This document shows positions 16,931 through 26,852 of a stretch of 64,000 nt of DNA, piece after piece. How positions within the stretch are numbered: position 1 is the stretch's first letter; every line of letters begins with the position of its first letter. The notes beneath the pieces were generated by a model. The model made no database searches. It saw only the letters and a program-made list of their open reading frames with translations, and was not told the origin of the DNA. The translations under genes and the position numbers were made by a program. This stretch comes from Alphaproteobacteria bacterium (GTDB lineage: Bacteria; Pseudomonadota; Alphaproteobacteria; Holosporales; Holosporaceae): NCBI GenBank assembly GCA_016870135.1, contig VGCF01000001.1, positions 9,033-73,032 of the forward strand, given 5' to 3'.

Positions 16931-18964
16931 TCAAGGCGTTTCATCTACATGGTTGGGCATTTTGCATCCCAGGGAGATATCGGCAGCAGTCCACCCCCGG
17001 TATTCCAAGGCCCGTTTGATTTTTCCAGCCTGCTCAAAAGCCATATCCGACGCGGCCTTTGTCATGGCGTGATACAATTGGGCATCAGACCATGTGGCCC
17101 ATGACTCATGATCGCTGTTGCTGTACTCGATGTGCAATAATGGTGATTTTACGGATCTAGGGGTGATGCCGTGTTTGACGTTGTGTTCCCACTGAATTTG
17201 TCGACGGCGTGTGGTTTCCTCCAGTGCGGCCTGCATGGACAACGTTACTTTGTCCGCATATAAGAGGACGTGACCACGCACATGACGCGCCGCCCGACCC
17301 ATGGTTTGAATCAAGGATGTTTTGGATCGCAAATAACCTTCTTTATCTGCGTCCAAAATGGCCACCAGTTGGCATTCAGGGATATCTAGACCTTCACGCA
17401 GCAAGTTAATGCCCACCAAAATATCAAAAATGCCTTTGCGTAAATCTGCAATCAGCGCAATGCGTTCCAACGTATCAATATCGGCATGCATGTAACGCGC
17501 TTTGAATCCCACCTCTGTAAAATATTCAGACAACTGTTCGGCCATGCGCTTGGTTAACGTAGTGACCAATATACGGCCCCCCTGGGCAAGGGTTTTTTCA
17601 ATCTCAGAGCGCAAGTGTTCTATTTGATTGTGACTGGGATGAATGGTGTATTCTGGGTCCAATAATCCCGTGGGTCGGATGATTTGTTCCACAATGCATT
17701 CCGATTGTTCCAGTTCCCACGGCCCAGGTGTAGCAGATACAAACAGGGTGGCGGGACGCATATCATCCCATTCTTCAAATTTCAATGGACGATTATGACG
17801 GCACGATGGCAAGCGAAATCCGTAATGGGCCAAGGTGTTTTTGCGCGTCTGGTCGGCCAGATACATACCGCGTAATTGAGGAATGGCGACGTGACTTTCA
17901 TCCGCGATTACCAGAGCATTTTGGGGTAAATATTCAAACAGGGTAGGGGGAGGTGCACCAAACGGTCTGCCCGTTAAATAACATGAGTAATTTTCAATGC
18001 CGGCACATATTCCTGTGGTTCGCAATGTTTCCAGGTCATAAGTGACGCGTTCTTGTAAACGTTGGGCCTCGATCAATCGCTGGTCTTCACGCAATTGGAT
18101 AAGACGCTGAGCCAATTCCTTTTCAATATGAATGATGGCCTGTTGTACGGTGGGCCCTGGGGTTACAAAGTGGTTATTGGGATAAATGGTGACGTCGTCC
18201 AATGCGGCAATTTTTCCACCAGTCAGCACGTCGATTTCATGAATGCTTTCAATCTGTGATCCAAAAAAGGAAAAGCTCCAGGCGCGATCTTCGTAATGGG
18301 CGGGGAAAACGTCGACGCGATCGCCACGAACGCGAAAAGCGCCCCGTTTGAAATCGATGTCATTGCGTTTGTATTGTAAATCCGATAATTGGCGTAAAAA
18401 ACCCATCAAGGGCACGTGTTGATCGCGCGCAATGGGCACAGCCAACCCTTGATAAGACTCAATGGCGCCCAATCCATAAATGCATGATACGCTGGCCACC
18501 ACCACCACATCTTGACGTTCCAGCAAAGCACGGGTGGCACTGTGGCGCATGCGCTCTATTTGTTCGTTAATGGTGGCTTCTTTTTCAATATACGTATTGC
18601 TGCTGGGCATATAGGCTTCTGGACGGTAATAATCATAATAAGATACGAAATATTCCACTGCATTATGGGGAAAAAAGGTCTTCATTTCTCCGTACAGTTG
18701 AGCAGCCAGCGTTTTGTTCGGCGCCAAAATTAACGTGGTGCGTTGAACGTTTTGAATCACATTGGCCATGGTAAAAGTCTTTCCAGACCCTGTAACGCCC
18801 AGTAAAACCTGATTTTTTTCACCATTTTCTATGCCCGATGTCAGGGCAGCAATGGCATTTTCTTGATCACCAGCGGGTTCAAACGGGGCGTGCAATTGAA
18901 AAACGCCTGGACGACGTTGTATGGTTTTACCATACCCTCTGAAAAGTTCTAAACAATCGGTCAT
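16931..18964 (-). CDS. uvrB: excinuclease ABC subunit B
   Basis: 677 aa. Walker A GVTGSGKTFT, DESH box (ADESHVAIPQL), helicase motifs (GINLLREGLDIPE, QTMGRAARH) and a C-terminal UVR motif. Confidence 0.96.
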   Translation of the reverse strand: MTDCLELFRGYGKTIQRRPGVFQLHAPFEPAGDQENAIAALTSGIENGEKNQVLLGVTGSGKTFTMANVIQNVQRTTLILAPNKTLAAQLYGEMKTFFPHNAVEYFVSYYDYYRPEAYMPSSNTYIEKEATINEQIERMRHSATRALLERQDVVVVASVSCIYGLGAIESYQGLAVPIARDQHVPLMGFLRQLSDLQYKRNDIDFKRGAFRVRGDRVDVFPAHYEDRAWSFSFFGSQIESIHEIDVLTGGKIAALDDVTIYPNNHFVTPGPTVQQAIIHIEKELAQRLIQLREDQRLIEAQRLQERVTYDLETLRTTGICAGIENYSCYLTGRPFGAPPPTLFEYLPQNALVIADESHVAIPQLRGMYLADQTRKNTLAHYGFRLPSCRHNRPLKFEEWDDMRPATLFVSATPGPWELEQSECIVEQIIRPTGLLDPEYTIHPSHNQIEHLRSEIEKTLAQGGRILVTTLTKRMAEQLSEYFTEVGFKARYMHADIDTLERIALIADLRKGIFDILVGINLLREGLDIPECQLVAILDADKEGYLRSKTSLIQTMGRAARHVRGHVLLYADKVTLSMQAALEETTRRRQIQWEHNVKHGITPRSVKSPLLHIEYSNSDHESWATWSDAQLYHAMTKAASDMAFEQAGKIKRALEYRGWTAADISLGCKMPNHVDETP

Positions 18965-19087
18965 TGTGCTCTGTTACACCCCGCCTGAATGCTGATGATG
19001 ACAGGGTAACACATTTTTCCACAGGGCATGGGGTCAAGAGAATCCCCCCTCTGTGGGATGGGTTACCACGGGATTTAAGATTAAGTA

Positions 19088-19861
19088 CTAGGAATGTTTT
19101 TTTGAAAATGGAGAAATGCTGTTAATGCTGTTAATGCTGGGATGAACAGAAATCACATTGCTTGGCACCTGGTTCTGCTTGTTGGGTTCGCGCAAAACAT
19201 AACCCCGACCCCAAATGGTTTCAATATATTCACGACCCACTGGCCCCAAAATATCCTGCAACTTTCGACGGATTTTACACATAAAGACATCGATGATTTT
19301 TTCTTCCGGTTCATCCATACCGCTGTAAAGACGGTTTAAAAAGTTGTTTTTGGTCACGGTGGCCCCTTTACGCACCAACAAAAATTCCAGTATTTGATAC
19401 TCTTTGCCAGTTAATTGTAATGGACGCCCCGCCACTTCGATATGCTGAGTATCTAGATTCAGTTGTATTTCACCCACACGAATAATGGCAGATGAGTGAC
19501 CCTCTGCCCGTCGGGCTAATGCCTTGATGCGCACGATTAATTCTTCGCTGGCAAAGGGTTTTGTCATGTAATCATCGGCACCAAAACCCAAGGCTTTGAC
19601 TTTGTCCTGAATGGATTGAAATCCAGATAACACCAAGATCGGAGAACTGATGGCCGAATCGCGTAATTTTTGCAACAATTCATGGCCATTCATATCTGGC
19701 AAGCCAATATCCAGAATAATGACGTCATAATCATAAATTTTACCGATTTGAAAGGCTTCTTCTCCTGTTGTAATACAGTCGCAGAATAAATTTTCATCGC
19801 GTAAAAAGCGGGTAATTAGCTCGCCAGTGACTTGATCGTCTTCAACCAAAAGAATTTTCAT
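19088..19861 (-). CDS. ctrA: cell-cycle response regulator CtrA (OmpR-type winged helix)
   Basis: Receiver domain (MKILLVEDD ... DVIILDIGLPDMNGHELL ... LSGFQSIQDKVKALGFGADDYMTKPF). The output domain closely follows the CtrA pattern (LTGKEYQILEFLLVRKGATVTKNNFLNRLYSGMDEPEEKIIDVFMCKIRRKL ... YIETIWGRGYVLREP). Confidence 0.85.
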   Translation of the reverse strand: MKILLVEDDQVTGELITRFLRDENLFCDCITTGEEAFQIGKIYDYDVIILDIGLPDMNGHELLQKLRDSAISSPILVLSGFQSIQDKVKALGFGADDYMTKPFASEELIVRIKALARRAEGHSSAIIRVGEIQLNLDTQHIEVAGRPLQLTGKEYQILEFLLVRKGATVTKNNFLNRLYSGMDEPEEKIIDVFMCKIRRKLQDILGPVGREYIETIWGRGYVLREPNKQNQVPSNVISVHPSINSINSISPFSKKHS

Positions 19862-20284
19862 TTTTTTTTCCTTAGTAAGTGTTATCTATGTTATAGCAAA
19901 CGAATTCTTTCAAAAGGTTTAATATAATCATGGTTCCTTTTTTTAAACGCATTCTATCATCAGGTCAATATGCTTAAAATGCAGTTTTTTGTATTTTTTC
20001 TCTCGTAAATCATTGTTTTCTTTGGATTTTTTAGATTTCGGGTGATTTTCCGTCCGAGGTGTTAATATTTAAAATTGCTTATATATTTTTTTATTTTTTT
20101 ATAAAAGCTTTTAACTTAAAAAAGTGTACATTTTTAATATTGCGAATTGTTTAATTGTACGCCAGTTGTGTAAAAAATGAAGAGGCTGGGCGATCACAAA
20201 AAGAAAGGAATGGAATCATGGGCTATTGGATTCATTTTATGTTGACAAGAGGTGCGCAGATGATTTATATTATTGAAGTAGATT

Positions 20285-20357
20285 GCCCGAGTAGCTCAGT
20301 TGGTAGAGCAAAGGTCTGAAAAACCTTGTGTCGCTGGTTCGATTCCGGCCTCGGGCA
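20285..20357 (+). tRNA. tRNA-Phe (anticodon GAA)
   Basis: Cloverleaf: GCCCGAG TA GCTC AGTTGGTA GAGC A AAGGT CTGAAAA ACCTT GTGTC GCTGG TTCGATT CCGGC CTCGGGC A. CCA is not encoded. Confidence 0.93.
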
Positions 20358-20611
20358 CGAAAATATGCATTTTATTTAAAAACACTTTTATTCATTTGTA
20401 TAAACTGTATAAATAACCTGTCGGAAAAATATAAAGTACATTTTTTTGTATATTTTGTTAAAAAATGATTTTACTTTTTTGTAAATGAAACCAAAAATTT
20501 TGAAAATGGTGGCCAGAACTCTTAAAGGTTTTTCCACAATGGTCCTGAATTCGAAAGTTTTTACAAAATAGGGTATAGTAAGTCATGGTTTTTTTAGATC
20601 CTGTGGTGCCC

Positions 20612-22222
20612 ATGCGCATAACACTGAACAAAAATAATGGTTTACAACGGGGGTATGTTGCCCTGTTTCTTTTGCTGTCAGGCCCTGTTTTTTCTGATCC
20701 TAAATCCACCCAATCTATGGTGCAAAAGCAGATGCTGGATCGGTCAAAATCGTCTAATCAGTCAGAGGCCCAGTGGATGGCCTTTTTACTGCGCTGTATG
20801 AAAATCATTCAAAAGTATTATGTTGACCCTATTGATCAAGAAGCATTAATCCATGGCGCCATCAGAGGAATGTGTTATGCGGCTGATCCCCATTCTTTCT
20901 TTTTCAGCGAAAAGGAATGCGCCCGTTTAGAAGAACAGTACAAGGGGGCTTTTGGAGGCATCGGCGTGGTGATGAATGTGGATCGTTTAGGTCGAATGCA
21001 AATTGTGTCTTGTCTGGATTATTCGCCGGCTGCCACAGCAGGCATTTTATCAGGGGATGTGATTATTGCTGTTGATGATGTGGTTTTGGGTCAATTCGAG
21101 GGAATTTCCAAGGTTTCCGAACGCATGCGGGGCAAACCAGGCACCATTGTTAAATTAACCATAGAACGCAAAGGTCAGACCAGGCGACTGAGTTTCAAGA
21201 TAAAACGCACGAATATCATATCCGGTCTTTCTGTCAAACATCATATCAGCAATGGTGTCGCCATTATTCGTATGGCCAGTTTTGATGGCCAAACCCCAGA
21301 TTTGTTGAAAAAAGCTATTTTAGATATCCAAAAAACCTTGAAAAACGAGCTGAAAGGGTATGTGATTGATCTGAGAAGAAATTCAGGCGGTATGTTTGAT
21401 TCCGCCGTTCAATGTTGCCAGTTGTTCATTGATAAAGGGGTTTTGGTCCGTTCCAAGGGGCGCCCTGAAATACCAGAAGAGGTGACGTATGCTGTACCAG
21501 GATTGGCCCTTGTGCACCACCCTACGCCGCCCGTGGTGATTGTGATTGATGAGGGAACGGCTTCGGCTGCAGAAATTATGGTCGGGGCATTGCAAGATTA
21601 TAAAAAAGCGATTGTTCTGGGGGTGTCTTCCTATGGTAAAGGATCCACCCAAGAGGTTATTCCATTGGATGGCCATTCTGGCGCCATAAAATTAACCATA
21701 TCCCGTTGGTATACACCGTTAACCCGCAGACCTATCCAGGGTCACGGCATTGTTCCCGATATTGTCACAGAGCAAATGCCTTGGACACCAGCCGTACAAA
21801 AGCCTGATTTGGTGATCAGAGAGCGCAATGTATCTGGAACCTTGCGTCCCAAAGCATTGAATACTGACCCTGCACAATCTGCCGCGTCTTTGGATGATCC
21901 AAACCAGACCCCATCATCTTCGAATGAACAAAAACCTGAACCCCCCTATGATCATCAAATGACCCGTGCCATAGAATTGGTTTCTACCATCCATCTGTTA
22001 GGACAAGGACAGTTTTTTACCGCACGCAAACAGTCTGCTCCGTCTACAATTCATCCCCATCACGTCAATGGGAGATTGGACAATGGGGTAGTGGAAAAAC
22101 CACAAAGGGAAAAACCAGCATCACCCCAATCTATGAAAAAGACAGAATCAACTCAGGCAGAATCACTGCAATCTATGACAAAACCAGCATCGCCCCAATC
22201 TATGAAAAAGGGTACAGATTAA
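20612..22222 (+). CDS. ctpA: carboxy-terminal processing protease (S41 family) with PDZ domain
   Basis: PDZ segment (GIGVVMNVDRLGRMQIVSCLDYSPAATAGILSGDVIIAVDD) and S41 core (DLRRNSGGMFDSAV, IDEGTASAAEI, SYGKGSTQ). Signal-like N-terminus from the Met at 20612. Repeat-containing C-terminal tail. Confidence 0.88.
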   Translation: MRITLNKNNGLQRGYVALFLLLSGPVFSDPKSTQSMVQKQMLDRSKSSNQSEAQWMAFLLRCMKIIQKYYVDPIDQEALIHGAIRGMCYAADPHSFFFSEKECARLEEQYKGAFGGIGVVMNVDRLGRMQIVSCLDYSPAATAGILSGDVIIAVDDVVLGQFEGISKVSERMRGKPGTIVKLTIERKGQTRRLSFKIKRTNIISGLSVKHHISNGVAIIRMASFDGQTPDLLKKAILDIQKTLKNELKGYVIDLRRNSGGMFDSAVQCCQLFIDKGVLVRSKGRPEIPEEVTYAVPGLALVHHPTPPVVIVIDEGTASAAEIMVGALQDYKKAIVLGVSSYGKGSTQEVIPLDGHSGAIKLTISRWYTPLTRRPIQGHGIVPDIVTEQMPWTPAVQKPDLVIRERNVSGTLRPKALNTDPAQSAASLDDPNQTPSSSNEQKPEPPYDHQMTRAIELVSTIHLLGQGQFFTARKQSAPSTIHPHHVNGRLDNGVVEKPQREKPASPQSMKKTESTQAESLQSMTKPASPQSMKKGTD

Positions 22223-22341
22223 ATCCGGGCTTGTGCCTTGGGGCGAGAAGCCCCTTGGTCCACCATCCCATCCACTGGAATAGGTCAGAAAGACCTGTCC
22301 TTATGTTCGGCCAATAGAGCGCTAAGCGCAGGTAAAGAGAT

Positions 22342-22998
22342 CTACTGGTCATCGTTATGAAAATCTGTCAATAACTGTAACAGGCTGTCACAATTACCGG
22401 CTTTGACTTTTGGGTGCTCGTAATGATCGGCTTGTTGGCTGACAGAAACAGGCAAACATCCTGCGTAATGGGCGCACATCATATCCACAACCGAATCACC
22501 CACAAACCAGATATCACGAGACGCTGACATATTATTTTGCGCCAACGCATGGAGCAGGGGTGTTGTAGATGGTTTATCTTCGGGTGTATCCCCAGACCCA
22601 ATGGCGCAATAAAACACATGGGATAAATTCAAATGTTGGATTTCTTTGCGCAGTCGATTACCACCTTTGTTGCTGACAATGGCCATAGGAATTTTTTTAC
22701 GATGCAACCATGTTACCAGAGAGTGCGCTTGGGGCATCAACTTTAATTCAGAATAGGTTGTATGGTTAAAAAACACGGATTCTGCTACGCCAATATCGGA
22801 TGGAGAAACAATGCTGGCCAGAAAAGATCGAATGGTTAGAGAGGGCTTTTGGTAAAATTCATCCAGAGTCATGGGCTTGCGATTAAAGGCAGAACACACA
22901 GCATTCAGTGCCTGCAAGGTATCATGGGTGGTGTCAACCAAAGTATTATCCCAATCAAATAATACAGCGCTGGGCAGACGGCTTGGTTTTATGGTCAT
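22342..22998 (-). CDS. HAD-superfamily hydrolase (phosphoglycolate phosphatase-like)
   Basis: 218 aa. HAD motif I (VLFDWDNTLVDT), motif II (IVSNK) and motif III/IV (FVGDSVVDM). Confidence 0.8.
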   Translation of the reverse strand: MTIKPSRLPSAVLFDWDNTLVDTTHDTLQALNAVCSAFNRKPMTLDEFYQKPSLTIRSFLASIVSPSDIGVAESVFFNHTTYSELKLMPQAHSLVTWLHRKKIPMAIVSNKGGNRLRKEIQHLNLSHVFYCAIGSGDTPEDKPSTTPLLHALAQNNMSASRDIWFVGDSVVDMMCAHYAGCLPVSVSQQADHYEHPKVKAGNCDSLLQLLTDFHNDDQ

Positions 22999-23109
22999 AA
23001 AAATTCAACATATCCTTTTTATCTAGCATAGAATTATTCCAGGGGAGGTGCAAATCCTGAAAAACCGCTGCGCAGGGTTTCCCTATGGGCAGAGGATCAG
23101 CAGGATGCC

Positions 23110-24990
23110 TTAGTACCACAAAAAAGAGGCCAATTGAGATATTTTTTCACGACAGTTTTTTTGATCATAAGCTCTGACAGGGGAGGGTAAGTCTCCTGAA
23201 CGCAATTGAGACGATGCCATCACTTGAAAAGACTTGATGGTGCGCAAGATGTGATAAATGTTAGAATATTCCAGCTGTGACATGATGCCTCTTTTGTGCA
23301 ATTGTTGAGCAATGGAACGCTGTTGTTGGGCTTGTGCAAAAGACACAGGTGCATTACCCCCTAATCGTGGTGTCATCAAAAAGATCGCCGATGTGATGTT
23401 GTCACTTTGCTGATAATTAGAGGTAAAGTATTGTAGCAATGGGACGTTCTGCAACAATGGAAAACCGCCTTTGCTCTCGTTGCGCTGTTGGGTTTGGATA
23501 CCAGACAGCACAATGGTTTGACCCAGCATGGCTTTGACGGTGGTCGAGACCTTGCTCCTCTGGATTTGAATCAATTGGTTGGATATCCCGATACCAGAGT
23601 TTGGCAGGTTCACAAAATCTGAACCCACCAGCGTAATTTCCAGCACCACTTCTCCTGTTTCAGACAGAGAAACCGGACGAATTTCTATTTTCATACCAGC
23701 ATCAATGGATGCCGTTGCTGCACCGGTCAAGTTCCCTGCTGTGGAACCCGTATACTGAGCTCCCTGCAGAAAATAGGCAGAATGACCAAGGGTTGTTGAT
23801 AAACTGGCGCGCGATACCAATTCCACTTTTGATCGGCCAGAGTTGGCAATATTCAGACTGTACTGCATGGCAAAAGGCGTGATGCCATAGGCCAGAACAG
23901 AGGTGGTGCTGGTGGTGCTGATGTTATTGGCTTTGGCAAACTTTTTAGCAATATTCCACTGTGGCGAAGCACTAAGGTTACCCGCTGTATCCCCAATACC
24001 CCCCAACACAACTTGCAAGCTGTTAAAAATATTTTGCCCCCTGCTTTCTGTTTTTTGATCAGAATAACTGATCAGCGTCGTATCAAAAATCAACGATGGG
24101 GGAGAGTCCGCGCTTGTTTTTGTATCCAGGTTTTTATCGTCATTCCCTTTTTTACTTTCAAAAGATGAAAATTCAGAGTTGGGCCGCAGACCTGATGCCT
24201 CTGTACTGGGTGCTGACCCCCCCATCAACTGAATGCGCGTTCCTGTTTTTTCCCACTGATCCAGACGCTGTTTCATCACAGCAATATCCGATTGGTTTTT
24301 GCCAACCAATTGACTATAGGCATTGAGGTATTGGTCTGCCTTTGCTTTTTCTCCTGCGGCGGCACAAATCATGGCTGCCGATCGAATGATTTCTGGTTTT
24401 TTTGGACACATTTTTGCCGCTTTTTCAATAAATGTCAGAGCCACAGGCAAGTCATAAGCATAGTATGAGGCATAAGCCAGAGAATAGATTACATTTGAGT
24501 TAGAGGAGCATAGGGCATATGCTTCGACGAAATATTTCTGAGCTTCTTTGTATTTCGACATTTTTAACGCATTTAATCCGCGCAAATAATGGGTCAACCA
24601 CAAGGATGGATCCAAATCCATGGCTGTTCGATACGCAATTTCAATGAGCTCTTTACAATCGTCTTGACCGGTATCCAACAAAGATTCATAAATAAATGCA
24701 TTCAATAAGTGCAAAGCCGCATTTCGGGGTTCGATATTGATGGATTGATTAACGTACAGAGAGGCTTCTTTGAATTGGCCTTGCTGGATCAAGGCGTTGA
24801 CTTTGGGTAGAGAGAAAAAAGGAGGGAAGGAAACGGGCCCCTGTTTCAAAAAATCCATGGGTCCAGGTTTACCCGATGGCACGACAACCAGCCGTTGTTT
24901 TCGATTTTGACACCCTTGTTGTACAAACAAAGACAACCCCAGTGCCATCATTGTCTTCCAGAATACACGATCCATCATATACTGTTTCAT
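23110..24990 (-). CDS. TPR-repeat / secretin-domain outer-membrane protein (paralog 2)
   Basis: 626 aa. Signal peptide ending ...FVQQGC. The N-terminal ~230 aa are TPR-like helical repeats. A Ser/Lys/Asp linker follows. The C-terminal secretin-type domain reads IDAGMKIEIRPVSLSETGEVVLEITL ... SKVSTTVKAMLGQTIVLSGIQT ... KGGFPLLQNVPLLQYFTS ... AIFLMTPRL. Ends in FLWY. Confidence 0.75.
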   Translation of the reverse strand: MKQYMMDRVFWKTMMALGLSLFVQQGCQNRKQRLVVVPSGKPGPMDFLKQGPVSFPPFFSLPKVNALIQQGQFKEASLYVNQSINIEPRNAALHLLNAFIYESLLDTGQDDCKELIEIAYRTAMDLDPSLWLTHYLRGLNALKMSKYKEAQKYFVEAYALCSSNSNVIYSLAYASYYAYDLPVALTFIEKAAKMCPKKPEIIRSAAMICAAAGEKAKADQYLNAYSQLVGKNQSDIAVMKQRLDQWEKTGTRIQLMGGSAPSTEASGLRPNSEFSSFESKKGNDDKNLDTKTSADSPPSLIFDTTLISYSDQKTESRGQNIFNSLQVVLGGIGDTAGNLSASPQWNIAKKFAKANNISTTSTTSVLAYGITPFAMQYSLNIANSGRSKVELVSRASLSTTLGHSAYFLQGAQYTGSTAGNLTGAATASIDAGMKIEIRPVSLSETGEVVLEITLVGSDFVNLPNSGIGISNQLIQIQRSKVSTTVKAMLGQTIVLSGIQTQQRNESKGGFPLLQNVPLLQYFTSNYQQSDNITSAIFLMTPRLGGNAPVSFAQAQQQRSIAQQLHKRGIMSQLEYSNIYHILRTIKSFQVMASSQLRSGDLPSPVRAYDQKNCREKISQLASFLWY

Positions 24991-25001
24991 AATGCTCCTT
25001 T

Positions 25002-26852
25002 TTAAAAATAGAAAAAGCTGGTGGATAGGTTGCTTAATCGCTCTGACAATGGCTCTAACTGGTTTTCGGGGATGACCAGCGCATCGCTAGATTGGCAACC
25101 GTTGACTAGGGACATCTTGCCCAAATGATTTAAAATCAAGGCATAAGTCGAGGGACCAGAATAGGTAAATCCAGAGGGATCAGCCATATGCAACTCTTTA
25201 AAGACCTCGTTTTGATCTGGCATTTTGGTGTACGCCGTTTTGGCTTGACCGCCCAACTGAACGCTGAGAAGATATAATATCGTCGCTTCTGCACTGGTAT
25301 TATTCACCGCAGAGAAGAAGTATTGCAAAATAGGGATATTACCCAGAACTGGGAATCTGGAATCAGCAACTTTTTTGATGGTTGTTTTTAATCCACCCAC
25401 GATGATGGTTTGACCGGCATACGCTTTGACAATGGTGGATATTTTAGAACTGTTGACTTGCACCAACTGGTTTTCTAACCCTTGAGACACGGCAGATTGA
25501 GATAACACTCTGCTGCCCCCAGCACCCACAGCCGCTGCTGACGTCATGGTTATATCCAATGTAATCAGACCATCTTCTGTAATATTGATGGGCTTTACTT
25601 CCAGTTTATCCCCTGCATCAATGGTCACCAAAGATCCACCAGCCGGTGCCGCCTGGATAATGTTACCCGCGAAAAAGGCCGCTGGTTTACCCATGAGTGT
25701 AGAAATGGTTGGTCGAGAAGCGTAGGTGGCAATGGATCGCGATGCATTGGCAATATTCAGGGCATAATTCAAGGCCGCCGGCGTGATGTTGTAATTAAAC
25801 GTGTGCCCCTTTAACTGCGCTGATGGGTCGGAATTGGTAGTACTTTTAATATTGACCCCTTGCCTTCCCCACCAAAATAACGGTTTTGCACCTGTAGAAT
25901 TGGCGGTTGATCCCCCCAGCACGACTGACAGAGGATTGGTCACATTTTTGACTTGATCATAGGCATTAAATACGTTGTTGCCTTTTTGCTGATTGTTACT
26001 TTGGTTCACCAACAAAATATACCCATTCAAAATAATGCTGGGCACGTCATCGCTTTCTTTTTTATCGCCTTTATTATCTTCTTTTTTATCGTCCTCCGTG
26101 CCAGCCATCCGTGTAATTTTACTGTTGGCGTGCAACCCTTTCCAATATTCTATTCTGCTCTTGATGTGCAGCAAATCTCCTTTGCTGGCTTTTCCAGCCC
26201 ATTTTTCATAACAGTCAAAGGCGACCTGACTGTCTTGAAAATGGCCGCTGGCCGCGTAAATCACAGAGGCCGTTCGGTAATACAAGGGGTTATTTGCGCA
26301 CAAGGACAGGGCTTTTTTAATAGAGCAATACGCTGTTTTAATATCCCCATTGCGATAAGAGGCGCATGCCAATACATACAACAGTTTAGGCTCATCAGGA
26401 CGCATCATCACACCTTGGGCAAAGTGACGTTGTGCCATAAAGGCGTCCCCCTGGGATAAATACTGTTGGCCCAATAAATAATGGGCTGCGGGATTAGACT
26501 GATCGGCGGTCAGCGCGGCTTGATAAGCCACCGTTGCCATTTTTCCTGCGTTGCTCTCTCCTAACTGGGCTCTGGATTCCCAGATGAACCCTTGGGCAAT
26601 GTGAAGGGCCGAACAGTTTGGATAATTTTCCAATGTTTTATTGATGTAACTGGATGCTTCGCTGAGTTGGTTTTTCTGAACAAAGCCAAGCAACAGTGCC
26701 AAGGAAAAAGAGCTTGGGAACTGAGAATGCAAGTCTTTTAAAAAAGACATTTTATCGGAATAGATCAGTGATTTTTTTGAAACGACTTTATCTGATTTAG
26801 AGCACCCTGCAACGATTAGACAGAGGATGTTGGCCAAATACCATCTTTTCAT
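25002..26852 (-). CDS. TPR-repeat / secretin-domain outer-membrane lipoprotein (paralog 1)
   Basis: 616 aa. Canonical lipobox LIVAGC|S, TPR-like N-domain, KKEDNKGDKKESDD linker. Secretin-type domain reads IDAGDKLEVKPINITEDGLITLDITM ... SKISTIVKAYAGQTIIVGGLKT ... DSRFPVLGNIPILQYFFS ... TILYLLSVQL. Ends in FFYF. There are 11 nt to the downstream paralog. Confidence 0.75.
   Translation of the reverse strand: MKRWYLANILCLIVAGCSKSDKVVSKKSLIYSDKMSFLKDLHSQFPSSFSLALLLGFVQKNQLSEASSYINKTLENYPNCSALHIAQGFIWESRAQLGESNAGKMATVAYQAALTADQSNPAAHYLLGQQYLSQGDAFMAQRHFAQGVMMRPDEPKLLYVLACASYRNGDIKTAYCSIKKALSLCANNPLYYRTASVIYAASGHFQDSQVAFDCYEKWAGKASKGDLLHIKSRIEYWKGLHANSKITRMAGTEDDKKEDNKGDKKESDDVPSIILNGYILLVNQSNNQQKGNNVFNAYDQVKNVTNPLSVVLGGSTANSTGAKPLFWWGRQGVNIKSTTNSDPSAQLKGHTFNYNITPAALNYALNIANASRSIATYASRPTISTLMGKPAAFFAGNIIQAAPAGGSLVTIDAGDKLEVKPINITEDGLITLDITMTSAAAVGAGGSRVLSQSAVSQGLENQLVQVNSSKISTIVKAYAGQTIIVGGLKTTIKKVADSRFPVLGNIPILQYFFSAVNNTSAEATILYLLSVQLGGQAKTAYTKMPDQNEVFKELHMADPSGFTYSGPSTYALILNHLGKMSLVNGCQSSDALVIPENQLEPLSERLSNLSTSFFYF

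Noticed and set aside
19862-20284. CtrA boxes (TTAA-N7-TTAA) in the AT-rich region upstream of ctrA
   Set aside because: I checked every TTAA in the interval by hand. None is followed by a second TTAA after 7 nt. Only half-sites are present.
20458-20709. The 83-aa minus-strand ORF overlapping the ctpA start
   Set aside because: It spans AT-rich promoter DNA and the 5' end of ctpA, and has no recognisable features.
25953-26459. Long antisense or overlapping ORFs inside large genes, for example 25953-26459, 35825-36229, 37088-37552, 42757-43398, 33099-33617 and 2881-3378
   Set aside because: They lie entirely within well-supported genes on the other strand or in another frame, and they have odd composition and no SD. 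These are typical shadow ORFs.
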